A stretch of DNA of 64,000 bases, from positions 178,506 through 242,505 of the forward strand of contig DEIB01000038.1 of NCBI GenBank assembly GCA_002352215.1, given 5' to 3'. This stretch comes from Chthonomonas sp. UBA2785 (GTDB lineage: Bacteria > Armatimonadota > Fimbriimonadia > Fimbriimonadales > Fimbriimonadaceae). Each line of letters begins with the position of its first letter. Position 1 is the first letter of the stretch. Below are positions 18,165-27,238 of the stretch, one piece after another. The notes beneath the pieces were generated by a model. It was not told the origin of the DNA. It saw only the letters and a program-made list of their open reading frames with translations, and did no database searches. Both the position numbers and the translations under genes were made by a program.

Positions 18165-19349
18165 GTGCGTATGCGGCTGGCCCCCAGGGACAGGCGCAAA
18201 CAGGATCAAGGCACGAAAATGTTGGGACCCATGGACGAAGCGGCGCGGATGAAGGCGCTCAACGACGGTCGGCGATTGATGGCCGAGCGTCGGCTGGATG
18301 ACGCCCAAATGGTCGCCGCCGAACTGGTGGCAAGCCTGCCGGACGATGCGGAAGTCCACGCCTTCCATGGCGACGTGATGGACGAGCTGGGCCGCACCGA
18401 AGAAGCGGTGGCCTCCTACGAGCGGGCCGTCACCATCAACCCGGAAAGCCAACTCGACCGCATTCGCCTCGTTCAGCTTCGCCGTAAGCTGGAAAACACC
18501 GATTTTGATGTGGCCGAGCCCGTGCGCCGCCGCCGCATGAATGTGCCCGCCCTGGCCGCCGGGAGCGTGCTGATGGCCTGTGTGATCTCCGCGATCGTGC
18601 TGGCCCGTGGCCCCGAGAGCACCGCCGTTGCGATGGCCCCCGCCGGCGAGCAAGTGCTGGAAAGCCGACCCTTTAACCCGCCTCCGCCGGTCTCGAATTC
18701 CGAGCCCATGCAGGTGCCGAACAACGCCACCCCCACGAACCAGCCGGACAACGTGGTGGCGACCAACCCCACTAGCCCGCTGAGCCGTCCGGTGCAAATC
18801 CCCGGTAGCACCAACCAACAACCCGGCCTGGGCCAAATCCAGCCCGACAACGGCTTTAGCCCGCTGTCGCCCAACGTCACGATTTCTCCCAACCAGCCGG
18901 CCGGCGCGACGAACATCGCCGAAGCCCAGCCGCTGGGTGACCCGGACCCGATCCCGGAAAAGAAGGATCCCCCGAAGAATGATCCGGGCGTGGTGGAAAT
19001 CACCAGCAGCAACGGCTCCGGCGGGGTGGGCAACTCCGAAGGCGTCAGCCAAGAGGACCGCATGCGCGGCGAGGCCCTTTACCAGGCCGCCCGCGAGAGC
19101 TACACCCTGGGTGACAACGCCCGCGCCGCCGACCTGTTCAACCAGGCCATCCGCGCCGGGTACGTCAATGGCGGCACCTACCACCGGTTGGCCAAGTGCT
19201 ACCAAAATCTTGGTCGCCGCGCGGATGCCATCAAGGCATACGAGCGCGCGGTCGCTCTTTATGAGCAATCGCAGACGTCGAATGCCGAACTCAGACGTCG
19301 AAACATTGAAGAATGCCGACAGGCCATCCGAATCTTGCAGGGCTCGTAG
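18165..19349 (+). CDS. TPR-repeat membrane protein with Pro/Asn-rich linker
   Basis: TPR-like helices lie on both sides of one TM segment (VPALAAGSVLMACVISAIVLA), followed by a long low-complexity P/N/Q linker. The start is ambiguous: GTG at 18165, ATG at 18171 or ATG at 18219. Confidence 0.65.
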   Translation: MRMRLAPRDRRKQDQGTKMLGPMDEAARMKALNDGRRLMAERRLDDAQMVAAELVASLPDDAEVHAFHGDVMDELGRTEEAVASYERAVTINPESQLDRIRLVQLRRKLENTDFDVAEPVRRRRMNVPALAAGSVLMACVISAIVLARGPESTAVAMAPAGEQVLESRPFNPPPPVSNSEPMQVPNNATPTNQPDNVVATNPTSPLSRPVQIPGSTNQQPGLGQIQPDNGFSPLSPNVTISPNQPAGATNIAEAQPLGDPDPIPEKKDPPKNDPGVVEITSSNGSGGVGNSEGVSQEDRMRGEALYQAARESYTLGDNARAADLFNQAIRAGYVNGGTYHRLAKCYQNLGRRADAIKAYERAVALYEQSQTSNAELRRRNIEECRQAIRILQGS

Positions 19350-20911
19350 CACTCCTCGCCCTGGCGGGGGGAGCAACAGAGGCGCGGGGGGCAGAAACTC
19401 CGCGCCTCCTTGTCATTCAAAACCTCGCCCAAAGCAACGGCGGATTTGAAAACAACCTGATGGTGGCCGCCGGCATTGCGGAAACCCTGGACCAAGAAGG
19501 GCGGGTCCTTCCCATCGCCTGGACCCAAACCGACCCCTTGCTGAAAGACGCCCTGGAGGCCCTGCGGCAAAGCTACGTCCCGGTTCCCACGGCAGACCTC
19601 CGCGAGGCGGTGCGGCGTCAGCTCAACGCCCCCTATGTACTGGAAGTGGAAGCCGTGCGATCCGACGGGCAGGTTTCAGTGGGTGCGCGCCTCTCCCGCA
19701 ATGGGCGGGAAATCTGGCAGTTCCTTTCCGCTCCGGAGTTCGACGGCCCGGGGATCAAGGTCATCCGCAATGGTCGGCTGGACCGCGAGGCCACCCGCGA
19801 ATTGCAACAGAAGTACGCCAACCAGCCCGGGGCGCAATCGTTCTTTGTCGCCCTGGTCAACGGCTTGCCGGATTGGCAGTCCACCGCCGCTTCGATTGAA
19901 CGCACCCTCGCCCTTATCATCGGCTCGGACCCGCTGCGCGACCTCCCCGCTCGCCCCCGGATTGACTCGACGCTCGACCCGGTTTTCCTTCAGCCGCAAT
20001 ACAAGCTGGTGCCGGATGCCACCGGAGACTGGCAAGAGAACGTCAAGGACGCCTTGGCCGCCAACGAAACGGAAAAGGCGATCACCATTCTGCGGGACGC
20101 GGTAGACCGAGAACCCAGTGACATCGCCACTCGCCTCTGGCTGGCCAAGGTGCTGGCGGAGCACGGGCAAATGGCCCTGGGGGCGACGGAAGCTGCCCGC
20201 GCCGCCCGGATGAGTGGCCGCGATCCCTCTCTGTGGGCGCTGGCCTGCCGCATGGCGCTCGATGCGCAGCAAATCCCTGCCGCCCGCGAATACCTGCACC
20301 AAGCCACCGCCCGAGGCTTGGAGGGAGCCGATTTGCACCGCCTCCGCGCGGATATGGCCCTGTACGATGGCGACCTTGATGCCGCTATTTCGGCCATGAA
20401 TGACATCAGCGACGAAGGCAGCATCCTTACGCGTGGGCTGGTGCTGGCCCTGCGCGGGGCCCCCGCCGAACTCGTCGCACCTTCCCTCCAGAATTACAAA
20501 GGCGACGAACTCACCACCCTGGAGCGGTACACCTTTGCTATCCACGTGATCGAGCGGCAGATGCCCGTTTGGGTGATGCGCCTGCGCGAGGCTCCGGTTC
20601 GAGTCCGACAGGGCCTAACCGCAAACGAGCGCCGTGACCTCATTCGCACCGGGCAAGAGCTTGATGGCATCGTGGCTTACCTCCGGGCGGCTCCCATCCC
20701 GGCGAAGCACCGGATTTCTCACGAAGGCCGCCTTTTGGCCATGATCTTGCTCGCGAAAAGCGCCCAGGAATCGCTGGCATTTGCCGATACTTCAGATAGA
20801 AGTCTCGGCGATGACGCCGCGATGAGTTTGGGAGAAGGCCTGCGCCTCATGAACTCCGTCCGCGAAAACTTTGCGGTGGAGCGCGGCGAGCGTTGGCAAC
20901 CGGCTCCCTAA
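19313..20911 (+). CDS. secreted TPR-like protein, unknown function
   Basis: 532 aa. Signal-like N-terminus (LAGLVALLALAGGATEARGA) and TPR-like helical repeats in the central part. Overlaps the previous gene by 37 nt. Confidence 0.6.
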   Translation: MPTGHPNLAGLVALLALAGGATEARGAETPRLLVIQNLAQSNGGFENNLMVAAGIAETLDQEGRVLPIAWTQTDPLLKDALEALRQSYVPVPTADLREAVRRQLNAPYVLEVEAVRSDGQVSVGARLSRNGREIWQFLSAPEFDGPGIKVIRNGRLDREATRELQQKYANQPGAQSFFVALVNGLPDWQSTAASIERTLALIIGSDPLRDLPARPRIDSTLDPVFLQPQYKLVPDATGDWQENVKDALAANETEKAITILRDAVDREPSDIATRLWLAKVLAEHGQMALGATEAARAARMSGRDPSLWALACRMALDAQQIPAAREYLHQATARGLEGADLHRLRADMALYDGDLDAAISAMNDISDEGSILTRGLVLALRGAPAELVAPSLQNYKGDELTTLERYTFAIHVIERQMPVWVMRLREAPVRVRQGLTANERRDLIRTGQELDGIVAYLRAAPIPAKHRISHEGRLLAMILLAKSAQESLAFADTSDRSLGDDAAMSLGEGLRLMNSVRENFAVERGERWQPAP

Positions 20912-20923
20912 AGAGTCGTTCGC

Positions 20924-21565
20924 ATGCAAGTGGTGGCAACAATCCTGTGGATGGGAGGCGTCTTCGTGGCGTCGGTCGTCCTCACTGCCCTTGTCATGCG
21001 CACTGTGCGGCGCCCCCGAAAACGAGCACGCGTGCAGTTAGGCGTCGGGGCCAAGATCCGCCTGATTTCACCGAGCGGGGTCTTTATTAGCCTGGTGGTC
21101 TCGGAGAATGACGACGAAATCCACCTTTCGCCGCCCGTGGGTTTGCAGCCAGGCCGCCCCTTTGAACCGGGCGATGTGGTGTTTGCCCAGGTGCCGGATG
21201 GCGGCTTGCTGCTCAGCTTCCGCTCCACTATTTTGCGACGCGAGATCGAAACCGGCGATCTCGTGCTCTCCATGCCGACCCACGTGCGGCAGGCCAACCG
21301 CCGGATTGAAGAGCGCATGACCCACGTGAAGGGGCACGGCGTGACTGTGGACGACGCGACAGGATTGTTCCTCGATATCAGTGCCAGTGGAGCGCAAGTG
21401 ATTCTGCCCACCCAGATCAAGGCCGGCCAGCCTGTGCAAGTGCGCTGGGATGACCTGGTGGAACCCGTGCCCGCCTGGGTGCTGGATTGCCGCCCCGTGT
21501 TCCAAGAGAACCCGATTCGCTACCGTGTACGGCTGCGTTTCCGCGAGCCTTTGAGCGGCCTCTAA
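20924..21565 (+). CDS. PilZ-domain protein with N-terminal TM anchor
   Basis: Contains the PilZ motifs RQANRRIEER (RxxxR) and DISASGAQV (D/NxSxxG), plus an N-terminal hydrophobic helix. Confidence 0.75.
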   Translation: MQVVATILWMGGVFVASVVLTALVMRTVRRPRKRARVQLGVGAKIRLISPSGVFISLVVSENDDEIHLSPPVGLQPGRPFEPGDVVFAQVPDGGLLLSFRSTILRREIETGDLVLSMPTHVRQANRRIEERMTHVKGHGVTVDDATGLFLDISASGAQVILPTQIKAGQPVQVRWDDLVEPVPAWVLDCRPVFQENPIRYRVRLRFREPLSGL

Positions 21566-21569
21566 GGCA

Positions 21570-23081
21570 CTAGCCCGGGTGCTGCCAAGTCACGCGCCCG
21601 CCCATCACGGTCACGCGCTTAGTGGCACTGCTCGGCTCGCCCTCGTAGGCCACAAAGTCTGCCCACTTCCCTTCGGCCAGCACGCCTTCGCCCGGGTCGT
21701 TGTTCGCGTCGGCTCCGCCGGTGGTGGCCATCGCAAAGGCAGTGTCCCGGTCAATGTTCTCGGCCGGGTTGAAGCCTTCTGGCCGATTCGCCGCCGTTTC
21801 GATGCCAATCCAAAGGTCGCCGGGCACGATCGGCCGGTCGGTGTTCAGGCTCAGGCGCGCCCCCGCCCGCACCCAGCGGGCCAGCGGCTTGAGTTCGGGG
21901 AAGATGTCATCCGCCAGTTGCGCCTTGTAAGAACGCCCAAAACGGTGCAAGAACTCCGGCTGCACCGTTACGTGCACGCCCATACCCACCGTCCGCTCAA
22001 TCTGGGCGTCGCTCACGATCATCGCATGCTCCAGCCGGTGCTTAGCGGGGTCGGGCGTGGCCGCAAAGGCATCCAGAACCAGGTCCGTGGCGTAGTCGCC
22101 AATGGCGTGCACGGCCACCGACCAGCCCGCTTCGGCCGCCACGGTCACCATCTCGTGCAGGCGTTCGGGGTTGTAGATCAGTTGCCCGGTGCCGCCCGTG
22201 GTCTTGTAGGGCCGGTACACCGCCGCCGTGGCGCTGCCAATCGCGCCATCAGCAAAGATCTTGGCCCCCTTGACGGCGCACAGGTCGGGGTCCATCGCCG
22301 CGATGAGTTCATCCCGGCGGCCCGCAACCAGCGCCCGACGACTAAACAGGGTGGCCCACTGGATGTAGAGCCGGGTGCGCGTGGCCATGCCCCGTTGAGC
22401 GGCGAGATTGTAGGCTTGGAGTTCCTTTTCTAAATCCCAGCGTCCGGTCATCATGTCCGAGGCGCACGTGATGCCCAGCGAAGCCATGCGCTCTCCCGCC
22501 CGCAAGATGGCCGCGACCATTTCTTCCAGGTCCGGGGCCGGGGCAGCTGAAGTCACATTTTCGTGCGCCCGCTCGAAAAGCACCCCGGTCAGGGCACCCG
22601 TGGCATCGCGTTGGAACTCGCCCCCCGCCGGGTCTGGTTCATCCTCGCGCACGCCGGCCGCCTGCAGCGCCGCCGAATTCGCCACGCTGGCGTGGCCGTT
22701 GCTGTGCCGCAGCAGCACCGGCCGGTCGGGGGCCACCGCATCCAGGTCGTGCCGGGTGAGGTGGGCGCCGTACTTGTTTTGGTCGTACTGCACCGCGTGG
22801 AGCCAGCCTTCTCCGCCCTGCGCAAGGGCTGTCGCGACCGCGTCCAGCACATCCTGGCGGCTTTGGCAATCGGTCAGGTTGAGCTTCAGCAAATCCAGGC
22901 CCGTGGGCAAGATGTGGCAGTGGGCGTCAATGAATCCCGGGAGAACCGTGAGGCCCTGCAAATCGTGGGAGGGCGTGCCACGTCCGGCTAGGCTTCCCGC
23001 CGGGAGGATCGAGGCGAAGCGGCCATTCGCGACCTCGAAATCGCACTTTTGTCCGTTGAGTAAACCGTTGAGAAAGATCAT
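21570..23081 (-). CDS. metal-dependent amidohydrolase (YtcJ-like, Amidohydro_3)
   Basis: Starts MIFLNGLLNG at 23081 within track ORF 21570..23270. GFIDAHCHI is the HxH metal motif. Also present are AVHAIGD, LEHA and SLNTDRP. Confidence 0.85.
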   Translation of the reverse strand: MIFLNGLLNGQKCDFEVANGRFASILPAGSLAGRGTPSHDLQGLTVLPGFIDAHCHILPTGLDLLKLNLTDCQSRQDVLDAVATALAQGGEGWLHAVQYDQNKYGAHLTRHDLDAVAPDRPVLLRHSNGHASVANSAALQAAGVREDEPDPAGGEFQRDATGALTGVLFERAHENVTSAAPAPDLEEMVAAILRAGERMASLGITCASDMMTGRWDLEKELQAYNLAAQRGMATRTRLYIQWATLFSRRALVAGRRDELIAAMDPDLCAVKGAKIFADGAIGSATAAVYRPYKTTGGTGQLIYNPERLHEMVTVAAEAGWSVAVHAIGDYATDLVLDAFAATPDPAKHRLEHAMIVSDAQIERTVGMGVHVTVQPEFLHRFGRSYKAQLADDIFPELKPLARWVRAGARLSLNTDRPIVPGDLWIGIETAANRPEGFNPAENIDRDTAFAMATTGGADANNDPGEGVLAEGKWADFVAYEGEPSSATKRVTVMGGRVTWQHPG

Positions 23082-24364
23082 GTTGTGAGTTCCTTGGCGA
23101 CGCGCTCGGCACTTTCCAGCGCGCCCTCGATAAATCCGAACCAGGCGGCGGTGGCCTCTCCGGCAAAGTGAATGCGGCCCATGGGGCGAGCTAGATACGG
23201 CAAGGCCCGGGTGGCAAACCCCGGCGCGGAGTAGGTGAAGCCCCCCTGGCTCCACGGGTCGCTCACCCAATCATGGAATTGCCCCCGCACAAAGTGGCGC
23301 TTGGCGCCAGGGTGGGTTTCGTCGAGCGCCCTGAGCGTGCGCGCCACCACTTGGTCCGGCGGCAGCCCAGAGATGAACTCCGCTTCCGCCCCGCAGATGT
23401 AGCACAGCAGCACCGATCGAGGCCCCCGGGCCCCGCTCCACACCTGCTGGATCGGGAGGTCGCAAAGCAGGGCGCCGCCCCAGTCTTCCGTCTCCCAAAA
23501 CGGCTCGTCGAACTCCAGCGCCACCTTGTTGGTGGGAGCCCGCGGGGCCGCGCGCCAGGCGTTCGGCAGAGTGCCCCCCGGGGCCGGATCGAACACAAAG
23601 TCCTTTAGGAGCTGCGGCGGCAGGGTCATCACGACGTGGTCGTAGCGCTCTTCCCCGTCGCCAGTGTGGACCGTGACACTGTGTTCATCGTGCGTGAGCT
23701 TGCGCACCGGTGTGAGCAGGTGAGCATCCCCCTTGAGGGTGCCTCGCATGCGTTCGCAGAGACGCTGGGCGCCTTCCGGGAAGCGGTATGAACTCATGCC
23801 ATCCTGGTTGGCCCCGCGCTGCATGTAATTGCGATAAGCATCCAGCCAACCCAGTAGCCCGACTGACTCGATATCCTGGCCTTCGTCGCTGCGGAGCATC
23901 GCCCGCGCCAACCACTTGCCGTGTGGGGAGATGGCAAAGTCCGCCACAAAGTCGGCCACCGTGCGCTCGTCCCAGCCGCGCCATTCCGCCGAATCCCAGA
24001 CCCGCTCTGGCAGTTGGCCGGCAATCCGTTTGGCCTCCTCGTGAACGTGGGAGAGGTCGGCCATGGCGTCCTCCCAGATGTCGTCATCGTCCCGGAACTC
24101 CCCGCCCGAGAGCAACCGCGAGGGCCGCTCATCCGCCGGCGAGGCCGGCGTGCCGAAGGACTCCAGCAGTGCCAAGCAGCGGTGGTGTTCGGCATCAATC
24201 CACTCACCCCCGGCTTCATAAAAATCGTCTTCCAGGGCCACGGTATGCAGGTTGCCGCCCACCCGTTCGCGGGCCTCATAGATTGTGACGTCCACGCCCG
24301 CCCGTTCCAGGTGCATGGCCGTAGCGAGGCCCGAGATCCCGGCTCCAATCACCGCGACTTTCAT
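23078..24364 (-). CDS. FAD-dependent amine oxidase family protein
   Basis: MKVAVIGAGISGLATAMHLERAGVDVTIYEARERVGGN is the dinucleotide-binding motif. The C-terminal IHFAGEATA is typical of flavin amine oxidases. There are 4-nt overlaps with both neighbouring genes. Confidence 0.85.
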   Translation of the reverse strand: MKVAVIGAGISGLATAMHLERAGVDVTIYEARERVGGNLHTVALEDDFYEAGGEWIDAEHHRCLALLESFGTPASPADERPSRLLSGGEFRDDDDIWEDAMADLSHVHEEAKRIAGQLPERVWDSAEWRGWDERTVADFVADFAISPHGKWLARAMLRSDEGQDIESVGLLGWLDAYRNYMQRGANQDGMSSYRFPEGAQRLCERMRGTLKGDAHLLTPVRKLTHDEHSVTVHTGDGEERYDHVVMTLPPQLLKDFVFDPAPGGTLPNAWRAAPRAPTNKVALEFDEPFWETEDWGGALLCDLPIQQVWSGARGPRSVLLCYICGAEAEFISGLPPDQVVARTLRALDETHPGAKRHFVRGQFHDWVSDPWSQGGFTYSAPGFATRALPYLARPMGRIHFAGEATAAWFGFIEGALESAERVAKELTT

Positions 24365-25020
24365 CCGCCCTCCGTGTACCGCGCTACGTCCGCCGCCGAC
24401 CGCACCGTCACCAGCGTTGCCTGGTTAGCAAGCGGTTCCCCACCATCCCACACCACGCCCACTCTTCGATCCTGCGCCAGCGGCACCAGGGTCTCGGCCA
24501 TCACGGCATCGGACGAAGGCACCAGCACGATGTCAAAGGCATCATGAAACTGCCACAGGCTCATCGCCGCCAACGAAGACCCCTGCGGCGCAAAGCCCAC
24601 CATGCGCACCAGCCCATCTTGGCGGGCGGTTTCCAGCGCTTCCAGTGCCCCGTCCAGCTGGAACTCCTCTACCGCCCGGCGAATGCGCAGGCAATAGAAA
24701 TCCAGCATCGGCCGCGTGAGCGACGAGAGAGTCATGATGAGGTGCGCGCTCACGAGGTCAAACGCATGGTTCCGGTCTTGCGCGTGCTCAATCTCAAAAG
24801 TGCTGCGCGCCAGCAACACAGGCTGGTGCGCCACCAGGTGCGGCCCCCAAATCGAGGTCCCCGCGCTCACATCCAGCGGGCACCCACTGGCCACCGCCGC
24901 CCCCACCATCTCCGCCACTGCGTCCTGTTCTGGCAAAGCGGGCATCTCCAGCCTCAGCCACACGGGCGGGTAGGTCTCGTTCGTCCGCCCCAGGGGCTGC
25001 GGCATGCGGCGCATGGGCAT
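24361..25020 (-). CDS. truncated, catalytically degenerate aldo/keto-reductase-like protein
   Basis: 219 aa. AKR-like landmarks are present (LGRT..., MLDFYCLRIRR.., ALEALETARQDGLVRMVGFA), but the catalytic Tyr (DTAxxYG is replaced by DVSAGTSIWG) and Lys positions are not conserved. Confidence 0.5.
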   Translation of the reverse strand: MPMRRMPQPLGRTNETYPPVWLRLEMPALPEQDAVAEMVGAAVASGCPLDVSAGTSIWGPHLVAHQPVLLARSTFEIEHAQDRNHAFDLVSAHLIMTLSSLTRPMLDFYCLRIRRAVEEFQLDGALEALETARQDGLVRMVGFAPQGSSLAAMSLWQFHDAFDIVLVPSSDAVMAETLVPLAQDRRVGVVWDGGEPLANQATLVTVRSAADVARYTEGG

Positions 25021-25071
25021 ACGCTCAGTCTACGCCCGCCCGGGCGAGAGGGGTAGGATTCCGGCTCGGCC

Positions 25072-26151
25072 ATGGCGCCCTTTTTCTTCCATCCGCGGAT
25101 GCTGACGTACACCTTCGGGCCGCAGCATCCTCTCAAGCCCGAGCGTCTGCGACGGACGATGGCTTTGTTGGAACTGTGCGCCCCCGATCTCCCCATCCGC
25201 GACCCTGGCCTAGCCACCACCGATGAAGTCGCCCAAGTGCATAGCCGCGACTATATCGAGGTCGTCGAGGCTCTCTCCGGAGGGGACAACATCGACGATC
25301 ACAAGCGCCATCAAGCGGGTTTCTCCAGCAGCGACAATCCTCCGTTCACTGGCATGGCCGAGGCCAGCTTCGCCTATTGCGGCGGGGCCGTGCAAGCCGC
25401 CCGGGCGGTGCTGGACCACCAACCCCTCGCATTCAACATCGCCGGGGGGTTGCATCACGCCATGCGCGGCAAGGCGGCCGGGTTCTGCATTTTCAACGAC
25501 GTGGCGCTCGTTGCCCAGATGCTGAAGGCCCGTTTCGAGCGCGTCCTCTACGTGGACATCGACGTGCACCACGGTGATGGCGTGCAGGCCCTGTTTTGGA
25601 ACGACCCCCGCGTGCTGACCTTCTCGATCCACGAGAACCCCCGAACTCTCTGGCCAGGCACCGGCGAGTGGTCCGAAACCGACGACTTCGGCACCGCCCT
25701 CAACCTGCCGATGCCCGCCGGCACCACCGGGGACGTATGGCTAGAGGGCTTTCACCGGGTTCTGGACGCCGCCACCACGGCTTATCGCCCGGAGGCCGTA
25801 GTGCTGCAGATGGGCACCGACGCCCACGGACTCGACCCCCTGGCCCACCTCAATGTCAGCGCCCAGCACTGGCGTGGCGCGGTGCAAGCGGTGAAGAATC
25901 TTGGCCTGCCCATTGTGGCCAGCGGGGGCGGCGGCTACAGCCTGCAAACCGTGCCCCGGATTTGGGTGGCAGCCATCATGACGCTGCTGGGGAGGCCGCT
26001 GGAAGACGACATGATGCTCGGCCTCCCGCCGGAGTGGCAACTGGACCGCTTTGACGACCTCGATCCGCCCCTCGGGCAAAACGCGAGCGAGGTGCAAGAG
26101 ACCGTGATCCACCTCATCCAGCGGATCCAGACTCAGGGGATCGGGGCCTAG
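25072..26151 (+). CDS. histone deacetylase-family amidohydrolase (AcuC/acetylpolyamine-type)
   Basis: Contains GGLHHA, DIDVHHGDG, GTDAHGLDPL and GGGGY, which are the canonical HDAC-fold zinc and active-site motifs. Confidence 0.9.
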   Translation: MAPFFFHPRMLTYTFGPQHPLKPERLRRTMALLELCAPDLPIRDPGLATTDEVAQVHSRDYIEVVEALSGGDNIDDHKRHQAGFSSSDNPPFTGMAEASFAYCGGAVQAARAVLDHQPLAFNIAGGLHHAMRGKAAGFCIFNDVALVAQMLKARFERVLYVDIDVHHGDGVQALFWNDPRVLTFSIHENPRTLWPGTGEWSETDDFGTALNLPMPAGTTGDVWLEGFHRVLDAATTAYRPEAVVLQMGTDAHGLDPLAHLNVSAQHWRGAVQAVKNLGLPIVASGGGGYSLQTVPRIWVAAIMTLLGRPLEDDMMLGLPPEWQLDRFDDLDPPLGQNASEVQETVIHLIQRIQTQGIGA

Positions 26152-26870
26152 CTGCCTTCCACCGGGCCAAACGTGCCCCGGCTGGTGTACCAACGGTACA
26201 GCCCGAGTTTGAGTCGCCCTTGCTTAAACATCGCATCCCGCATGACGGCCGCCTCAATTTCCGCCCGTTCTCGGTCGGCAAAGATGTAAATCCCGCGCCA
26301 ATTGCCCGCATCCTCGCCCATGGGGCCAGCGGCGAGCAGAATCTCCTCCTTCGCCATGAGGTTGATGTTGGCCATATGCGCCTCACCCAATGCTTGGGAG
26401 GTCGCGGCATCAAGGGCAGGCAGGCCCTCCGGGCGATCCAGCTTGGCGAACCAGAGCGCTTCCAAATCCAGGAACTCACCCCCCGGGCGGAAGGTTTTGT
26501 CGCTGGCGTACCACGTCACAAATCGCGGCTTCAGCAAGCCTCGCTTGATCATCGGTTCGCTCGCCATCCATTCCTTGGGCTTGTCCACTTTCTCCGCGTC
26601 GAAGAACACCAGGCCGCGCATGGTCCCCGCTTCCTCCAGCGGCCCAATGGCGAGGGCTCGCTTTTGCTTTCGCAACCCTTCTAAGAACTCCAGGTGGTCC
26701 GCTTGGAGTTCGTTGAGCACCACCGATTCCACCAACGGCGCATTGGGGGCCGTTTCCAGGACGCACAGGATGTAGTTGCGCATCTTGAACTCAGGTTCTT
26801 GTGCGGACACCTTGTTCGGCACGGTCATGGCCAGCGCGGAGATTCCCGCCAGGATCAAAGACGCGATCAT
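26148..26870 (-). CDS. secreted protein with two tandem YciI-like domains
   Basis: Signal peptide MIASLILAGISALAMTVPNKVSA, followed by two about-100-aa repeats. Each repeat has the YciI-like pattern (H..fl..l......A.GP......G...f......ea......DP....G.l......W). Confidence 0.55.
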   Translation of the reverse strand: MIASLILAGISALAMTVPNKVSAQEPEFKMRNYILCVLETAPNAPLVESVVLNELQADHLEFLEGLRKQKRALAIGPLEEAGTMRGLVFFDAEKVDKPKEWMASEPMIKRGLLKPRFVTWYASDKTFRPGGEFLDLEALWFAKLDRPEGLPALDAATSQALGEAHMANINLMAKEEILLAAGPMGEDAGNWRGIYIFADRERAEIEAAVMRDAMFKQGRLKLGLYRWYTSRGTFGPVEGS

Positions 26871-26905
26871 ATAGTGATTATAACAGCCCGTCCGAATCGC
26901 CGAGG

Positions 26906-27238
26906 CTAAGACGAGCCCTTGTCGAGGTCAACGACCTTCTTCTTCTCGTCCTTCACGTCGTCCGGATTGCCCTGGATCACGTCCACCCCCGGACCAGCCA
27001 CTTTTTCCCAAGTTCCGGATTGCGCGCGCCGGAAGGTGCTGAGCCCGTGCTTGGCGGCCTTGTCGGCGCTGGCGTCCTTGGCCATCTTGATCTGCACCTG
27101 GCTCACCACCCGCTTGCACGGCTTGTGGCAAAAGGGGCATTCGGTGAGTGCCTCTTCGTTTACACTTTGAAGCACGCCAAAGGGCGACGGGCACATCGGG
27201 CACTCGTCGTCAATCAGTTCGTACTCGTAAATCGGCAT
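26906..27238 (-). CDS. FmdB-family zinc-ribbon protein
   Basis: [20 protein letters not shown]...[11 protein letters not shown] is the canonical FmdB CxxC...CxxC N-terminus. A GGAGG Shine-Dalgarno lies 7 nt upstream. Confidence 0.85.
   Translation of the reverse strand: MPIYEYELIDDECPMCPSPFGVLQSVNEEALTECPFCHKPCKRVVSQVQIKMAKDASADKAAKHGLSTFRRAQSGTWEKVAGPGVDVIQGNPDDVKDEKKKVVDLDKGSS

Noticed and set aside
18042-18165. Possible glycine riboswitch upstream of gcvT
   Set aside because: The minus strand contains fragments vaguely like riboswitch cores (GGGCAAAGAC, GAAAAGGGGCAUAAC). I could not assemble the GGAGAG...ACCGAAGGGGCAA...CUCAGGCAAAAGGAC order or the P1/P3 helices. The perfect extended -10 next to the start codon also argues against a long leader. 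This needs an RF00504 cmsearch to settle.
18054-19376. 440-aa minus-strand ORF (also 29186..30496, 55876..57183 and 63187..63984)
   Set aside because: Same reasoning as above. These are antisense to the TPR protein, the binding lipoprotein, the WD40/ABC-F genes and the metalloprotease, and their sequences are low-complexity Gly/Arg/His/Ala.
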